NCBI GenBank assembly: GCA_964016885.1
Contig: OZ024740.1
Coordinates: 331,700,001 to 331,764,000, forward strand
DNA from: Eledone cirrhosa
Taxonomy: Eukaryota
DNA: 64,000 nt
Reading direction: 5' to 3'
The notes under the pieces are model-generated. The model did no database searches. It was given only the letters and a program-made list of their open reading frames with translations, and was not told where the DNA came from. Shown here in pieces: positions 59,001 to 64,000 of this stretch. The stretch's first letter is position 1, and every line of letters starts with the position of its first letter. The translations under genes were made by a program, and so were the position numbers.

Positions 59001-59771
59001 ATTGATTTCATGGTCATAAATATTACGTTGTGAACAGTCGGTTACATTCACACGATTGAAATATTTAATAGATACTCTAGATTGATAAGTGCAGCCTATA
59101 TTGTAGTGGGATATTCAGGCATAATAAGTAAAGAACTGCGGCAAATAAGTTTTTTCTAATAAATATTGATATCTAGTAATGGTCCAAGGCTAGAAACAAA
59201 GAGAGAGAGCAAATGATTTACGAGTAACGGCTTTTTATGTTCTCCCATTGCCTCAACGTAATAAATGCCCGTTAGCTCTGATGTTATGTAAATTAATTTG
59301 CAATATGGTAACGTAAAGTATGTTGCCCCGTGTTCAAACGATTCTGTCATCAAGAGCTTGTTTCCAAATAGTTAATATCAAAATATATTTTTGACGCCTT
59401 ATTTTAAGTAAAATATTTTGATGTTCTTATGTAACCACTGGTTCACACTGAACGGATGGGTCATTGGCATGTCCGTAACTTCCCAAATCAACCCGTTTAC
59501 CGACATTAATGATGTTCCAGTAATATAATGGCTCCATCTAGATGAGGTACATAATGTGGAATACTATATGAGGTGATAACTGTATAGTGCAAGAAACGTG
59601 ATATATTAAGCTCTTCTCATATCACAGACAAACAATAGTTGTTTACGGCCAATGTGATTGGTTATTTGCCAGGTATATCTGAGAATGTGTATACATTATA
59701 TTTGCCCTTGTCAATAGGGAAAAATTGTTTGATGATGATGTCTGAATAACGATCTGGGAGATGCATATATA

Positions 59772-59912
59772 TAATTGTTTCTACTATTGGCACAAGGCCA
59801 GCAATTACCCAGTACATTACTGGGACTTTATTTTATCGACCCCGTAAGGATGAAAGGCAAAGTTAACCTCGGGGGGATTTGAACTCAGAATGGCAAGGAC
59901 CGTAACTCTACA
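59772..59912 (-). mobile_element. tRNA-derived SINE copy
   Basis: Reverse complement of the SINE core: tttatcgaccccgtaaggatgaaaggcaaagttaacctcgg. Confidence 0.85.
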
Positions 59913-61039
59913 TAATGCTGTCTAAGTTGCAGTTTTCCGTCAAGAGGGAACTTTTTTGTACGATCATGGTATTTGCTACATGTATATGCAGTCTTTCTTA
60001 CAGTACTGGTAATTTGGTTTCGATGTATATGTCTATGGATGTGATTTGTGTAAAATTTATGATAATGTCTGTTTTGAAGATAAAGTGTAATTCCCTGGTA
60101 GAAATATTGAAAGTTTACTAGGATTCACATAATGTACGATGGAACTAAGGAATATTCATTATGTTGGTATGACATGACTCTTACAGGAATAAATTTCCGG
60201 ATCATATTTCTTTCGATTACTACATATTCGAAAGGTTCTGTAAATGCCATGTATGGATGCTATGACTCGTATGATTTGTAAGGTGATATTGTCAATATTT
60301 TATTTTGTAGAGAGTTTCGTAAGTAATTCATGTAGAGTATAGTAAATAAGATCTAATAAGGTCTTATTATGTAGAACATTGGGGGGATGTACGATATCAT
60401 AAGCATATGAGGCTCTTTAATTTGGCTAGTTTAAACATGTAGGTTAGGTTTAAATTGAACAGAGTCTGAGGAAGAACAAATCATTTTTTTACTCGTGTCT
60501 GAATGCATATTTCAAGTTGGTTTTATTGCAATATTTAGTCACATCGTTTTCGATTTACTCTGAATTTATATTATGCAGCTTTTCGACTTTAGTATGTCAA
60601 TAAATTATGTATCAGTCATGTACACACTTAATTGATTATTCCAAATTCATAACATTTGAAAATATATTAATATACATATTTATAAATTTTGTTTTAAGTC
60701 ATAGAATATACTAAACTTCGAGTCATAAAATGAATATATATGATAGGTTTAGTAATATTTACTTGGTTTATGTTGTTAATGTTTATTTTATCATACCTCT
60801 TAAAATAACTGCACCTATAACAGGCAAACTTCCTGAAATAACGGCATTTCGTCTGAAATTCGGCGCACAGGAAATATTGAACTCACCAGACCAGATTTGC
60901 ATAAAACATTAATTCTAAAGTTCTGCAACTACGGTAAATAATGTTGCCCACTATATTCATAACATAACCAAGTGGTTTATAACGTTCACCTATTCTCATT
61001 AAATAAAGAAATGAAATATCTTATGATTTTATATTTTAA

Positions 61040-61447
61040 AGTAGATTAGCAGAATAGAACGCAGAAGTAAATATTTCGAAAAACGTTACACACTATATAT
61101 ATATATATATATACACACACTAATATACATACCCACACACACACATATAGCGTCATAATGTCGTAAGGCAGACAGCCAGACATACAGACATATATTATAA
61201 AGGTGCAACGTTATATCTATGTATCTATCTAACAAGAAAGACTAAGAATTATATAGAGAGATCGTTAAATCGCCTAATACGGTCCCTAGGGCATTGAAAA
61301 TTTGAAATGCCTTTTGCGCAAAACACTCACAGGACCATAAGTACTACATGTGTAAAGTTTGAAAACAACCGCGTCGGGTGCTTCTCGAGTTTTAGGGCGC
61401 TGACAGACAAACAGACAGACAAACATTCTCTGTTTTAGATATATAGA
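61040..61447 (-). mobile_element. Partial non-autonomous Helitron (5' part)
   Basis: Similar to 31780-32049 and to 8475-8860; minus-strand a|TCtatatatctaaaac start. Confidence 0.7.
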
Positions 61448-61799
61448 TAATTCGTCTCCTCCATACTCATCTGTATTAGGTAGTCTCAGGTTGCAGTGAT
61501 CATTTGACAGCTCAGCCTCTCGCTTAAGACAATCATCCATCACATAATCGAAGAGGCCAGAGACAATAACAAAATTAATTATTGATCTCTCTCCCTGATA
61601 CCTTTTATGCTATGTATATTTCTGAATGACTCTGTGCTGGAAGAAAGTGTTCATAATAGAGAGTCCTTTGCTAGAACAGAGGTCTAATAAGGCAATTCCA
61701 TTCGTATTTAGATTGGGGTTGCCTTTCCTTCCAATCACTTCTAACCAGAAGAAGAAGAAGAAGAAGAGTTAAATTAATAAAAGTTATTTCGGGTGACCG

Positions 61800-62240
61800 C
61801 CCTGGAACTAATATTGTTTCTACTTGAGGCACAAGTGCAGCCATTTTAAGGGGAGGGGAGAGTCGATTAAATCTACACTCCAGTGCATTACTGGCACATT
61901 ATTTTATCGACCTCGTAATGATGAAAAGCAAAGTTACCCCCGACGGGATTTGAACTCAGATCTAAATTAATAAATGTGATTTAGGGCAATCGCCCTAGAA
62001 CTAATATTGGTTCCGATTTAGGCACAAGGCCAGCAATATTGGGGTAGGGGAAAGTCGATTAAATCGACCCCAGTGTGTGACTGGTACTTTATTTGATCAA
62101 CCCCGTAAGGATGAAAGGCAAAGTTGACCTCGGCGGGATTTGAACTCAGATCATAAAGGGCCGTAACTCTATGCTGCAAAGTATGATGTCCGACGCTCTA
62201 CCGATACTGCCAATCCACTACTCTGCCCTGGAACTAATAT
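61800..62240 (-). mobile_element. Tandem pair of SINE copies
   Basis: Two reverse-complement cores, each preceded by gccct(g/a)gaactaatattg; the motif recurs at ~62225. Confidence 0.85.
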
Positions 62241-62467
62241 TAATAGATAAAAGACGTGGCGAAATGGAATGACCAGGTCAGCAGTTGTATCACTAATGAA
62301 TGAGACAGAGGCTTTAGGGGAAGTTGATACGTACTGCAGTATTGAAAACTGAGAGACAGGGAGACAACAGATAGCTAAATGGGTATAGAGGGAAAAATAG
62401 AGGTAGATAGATAGATTGACGGGGAGAGGGAAATAAAGACACAGAGAATCATAACAGTAGTAAACAA

Positions 62468-62586
<119 letters not shown>

Positions 62587-63086
62587 ATACATGAAAATAA
62601 GCAGTCGATATTTACATTATCTGATTATTTGAACATACAGAACTATTTCGACTGAATGTTGTTTATATCAATTTGTCTGGCTTCCTTACCATTTGTATGT
62701 CTCTGTGTATAGTATATTTAACATAACCTAATAAACATAATGAATCACTTTTATGAAAATACGCAAACGCCAAAAATATTTAAGCATCTAGATATACAGT
62801 ACAGAACTTGTTAAATTCATTGACAAGATGTAAATTAGCTCGTCGAATACGATTCCGTGTTATAATTATTTCAGGTATTTTACACTACTGAGAAAGGATG
62901 AACATTGCATTCTATCAATAATACTTTATTTCTTTTATGTTGCAATATATAATAATTTCATGCATATCATTCAGCGCAAGGATTTTGGATATATCATGCT
63001 CTCTTGAGTTAAAAAGCAACAAATACGAATTCTACAAAACAATTAATACTACTTTCATTGACAAAGTCTGTTACATAAACATTATT

Positions 63087-63490
63087 AGGCGGTGGACTGG
63101 TAGTATCGGTAGAGGGTTGGACGCCATGCTTTGGCGCATAGAGTTACGGCCCTTGCCATTCTGAGTTCAAATCCCGCCGAGGTTAACTTTGCCTTTCATC
63201 CTTACGGGGTCGGTAAAGTAAAATACCAATAATGCACGGGATTAATTGCTGGCCTTGTGCCAAAAGTAGAAACAATTATTATCTCAACTCGACGGTGGAT
63301 TTGCAGTATCGGTAGAAGGTCGGACGCCATGATTTGCAACATAGAGTTACGGCCCTATACGGTCTGTGTTCAAATCTCGCCCAGGTTAACTTTGTCTTTC
63401 GTCCTTACGGGGTCGATAAAATAAAGTACCAGTAATGCACCGGGATAATTTCTGGCCTTCTGCCAATTGTAGAAATAATTATTATCTCAA
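63087..63490 (+). mobile_element. Tandem pair of SINE copies
   Basis: Two ~200-bp units ggcggtgga...gaaacaattattatctcaa. Confidence 0.85.
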
Positions 63491-64000
63491 GTCGTTCCTT
63501 TCGCTACTAATTCCAAGAGAAATCACTACTTTCAAACGATTAATGAAACACAACAGATTTTACTATTTCAAAAATTCGAAACACTTCCCACAAAAAAACT
63601 GTTTGTTTGTTTTTTTTTACTGTTTAGTCAAGTTTGGGAAGCGCCGAAAAAATAAAAATATATTCTCAAACTTAGTACAAATACCTTCAATACAATGGTC
63701 TCCACTACAGACAACCAAAGAATCGGTTGTGTTTTTAAACCGGGTGATGATTTAAACACGCTATAGACATAAATCCCAACAGGATTTGGATTCAAGCCGT
63801 AAAAAATGCGAGGCATTTCCTCCGATGCTCCACCAAAATCTGTTAATTCATTGCCTTTGTCTTTTACTTTAATATACCAACGACGGAAGTGTAAAAGACA
63901 AAATTGACCACATCAATATTTGTACTCAGAGATCAAAAACCCGTAACAAATACATCAAGACATCTTTTTCCTACTGTTCAACCACGCATTGTATAATCCG

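Overview
AT-rich, microsatellite-saturated eukaryotic (animal) DNA. The repeat content suggests a coleoid cephalopod such as Octopus, but that is inference. I found no intact host gene; most listed ORFs are (TA)n/(CA)n translation artefacts. The window is a transposon graveyard: at least seven Penelope-like retroelement (PLE) copies (RT plus C-terminal GIY-YIG; Neptune-like and a second clade), RTE-clade LINEs, an R4/Dong-type LINE with restriction-like endonuclease, L1/Tx1-like and hAT relics, Helitron pieces and many copies of one tRNA-derived SINE. The main signal is an RNA-level system: about 15 type I hammerhead ribozyme (HHR) motifs from several families, each with a palindromic helix III. 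Most sit in PLE 3' terminal repeats that recur in inverted orientation and abut (TA)n/(GT)n tracts. They include a family with a very long covarying helix II (18496, 21743, 38188), a U3-A8 core variant family, a tandem HHR pair and head-to-head HHR palindromes. Possible decayed fibronectin-III-like exons of a host gene lie on the minus strand near 58-60 kb.
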